A stretch of DNA of 64,000 nt, taken from the NCBI GenBank assembly GCA_965261085.1, contig OZ253442.1:4160001-4224000 (forward strand). The letters run 5' to 3'. Each line of letters starts with the position of its first letter. Position 1 is the first letter of the stretch. This DNA is from a bacterium (GTDB taxonomy: Bacteria; UBA8248). The position numbers and the translations under genes are program-made. Under the pieces are notes generated by a model that was given only the letters and a program-made list of their open reading frames with translations, was not told the origin of the DNA and did no database searches. Shown here one piece after another: positions 60,142 to 64,000 of the stretch.

Positions 60142-61188
60142 ATGCGCATCGTGACCACCCTTCCGATGGATGATCTGAAAAAAGCGGGCCCCGCCGCCCA
60201 GGCGCTCGAATCTGCGGGCTATGACGGCGTGATGACCATGGAAAACGCGCACCACCCGTTTCTGCCCTTGGCGGTGGCGGCGGTGGCGACGGAGCGCGTG
60301 GAACTTCTCACCGCCGTGGCCATCGCCTTCCCGAGAAGTCCCATGGTGTGCGCGAACGCAGGCTGGGATTTACAAGAAGGCTCGGGCGGGCGGTTCGTCC
60401 TGGGCTTAGGCCCCCAGATCAGGGCGCATAACGTGCGGCGCTTCAGCGTGCCCTGGACGGCGCCCGCCGCCCGGATGCGCGAATACGTGGAATCACTGCG
60501 CGCGATATGGCGTTCTTGGAGAAACGGGGAAAAACTCGACTATCAGGGCGAACACTACCAGTTCACCCTCATGACGCCCGCCTTCACACCGCCCTCGAGC
60601 GGTGCGCCCATGGCGCCCGTCACCATCGCGGCGGTGGGGCCTGGGATGCTCAAAGTGGCGGGACGTACTTGTGACGGCGTAAGGCTCCACCCTTTCTGCA
60701 CGAGAAAGTATTTCGAGGAATTCTGCACGGGGAAGATTGAGGAGGGCTTGCGCGAGAACGAGATTTCGCGCGAGAACTTCGAGATCACGGGCGGGGGCTA
60801 CATCGTCACCGGAGTGGATGAGGAGGCGCTGCGCCGGGGGATGGATGAGGTCAAAGTGCGCTTGGGCTTTTACGGCTCCACGCCCGATTACTGGCCGGTG
60901 CTCGAGATGCACGGCTACGGCGATCTGGGACGTAAACTCAGACAGATGACGCGCGAGGGCAAATGGGACGCCCTCGCGGATGAGATTCCGGACGACCTCG
61001 TGCGCCTTTTCGCCGCAGTGGGCGTGCACGGAGAGGTAAAAAAGGCGATAGAGGCGCGCTTCGGCGGCGGGGTCGATACCCTCTACGGGGGGATGCTGCC
61101 CACGGCGGATAAGGATCTGCCGCCCGATTTGATTCAGGATATCCAGACGATACCGGCGGCGTTTACGGGGTATGCCGAGAGGGCGTAG
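60142..61188 (+). CDS. LLM-class (probably F420-dependent) oxidoreductase
   Basis: E..H.PFL, AIAFPRSP, LGLGPQIRAH, YQFTLMTP.F, FYGSTP.Y; AGGAG RBS. Confidence 0.9.
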   Translation: MRIVTTLPMDDLKKAGPAAQALESAGYDGVMTMENAHHPFLPLAVAAVATERVELLTAVAIAFPRSPMVCANAGWDLQEGSGGRFVLGLGPQIRAHNVRRFSVPWTAPAARMREYVESLRAIWRSWRNGEKLDYQGEHYQFTLMTPAFTPPSSGAPMAPVTIAAVGPGMLKVAGRTCDGVRLHPFCTRKYFEEFCTGKIEEGLRENEISRENFEITGGGYIVTGVDEEALRRGMDEVKVRLGFYGSTPDYWPVLEMHGYGDLGRKLRQMTREGKWDALADEIPDDLVRLFAAVGVHGEVKKAIEARFGGGVDTLYGGMLPTADKDLPPDLIQDIQTIPAAFTGYAERA

Positions 61189-61255
61189 GGACAGGCCCCC
61201 GCAAACCCATCACGCCCCGGGACTGTCATGCTCCCAGGGTTGTCAACTACCCCCC

Positions 61256-63964
<2,709 letters not shown>

Positions 63965-64000
63965 CGTTCACCTCTTTTGGGCGGTAGCGCCGCTTCCCCC

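Overview
GC-rich bacterial chromosome segment. The host appears to use selenocysteine (an AhpD-like gene has an in-frame CxxU TGA plus a SECIS-like hairpin). Core genes: yajQ, amtB (preceded by an internally deleted glnK relic), a HAMP adenylate/guanylate cyclase, a sugar-type ABC transporter with an M24 peptidase and two CocE/NonD hydrolases, LysR-gltBD, metF, sod/peroxiredoxin, tRNA-Thr and tRNA-Lys, a MaoC/acyl-CoA ligase/SDR operon, fumC, a SelA-like PLP enzyme, an LLM oxidoreductase and acnA. Accessory DNA: several TA modules, a SmaI-like RM system with a frameshifted endonuclease, an AbiTii-domain gene, a DUF1828 pair and a complete IS1595-family element carrying a methyltransferase and a HicBA-like pair. 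The most notable signal is a set of Mu-like phage genes spread over about 30 kb and interleaved with host genes. All are on the minus strand and in phage order: immunity/early HTH genes (31.2-28.4 kb), lysis (22.1-20.9 kb), gp26/gp27 (20.2-19.3 kb), split terminase plus portal (4.8-1.75 kb). Each of the three late modules has its own copy of one promoter architecture, CGCAT-N5-CGCAT-N31-TAnnnT. This suggests a domesticated, co-regulated, possibly GTA-like system rather than simple prophage decay. A second signal is a family of tiny RBS-led peptides (MFHT[H/L]DEDPGF and a related 22-mer) around a DUF4760 gene in a two-unit tandem cassette. Family names come from motif recognition only; no searches were run.
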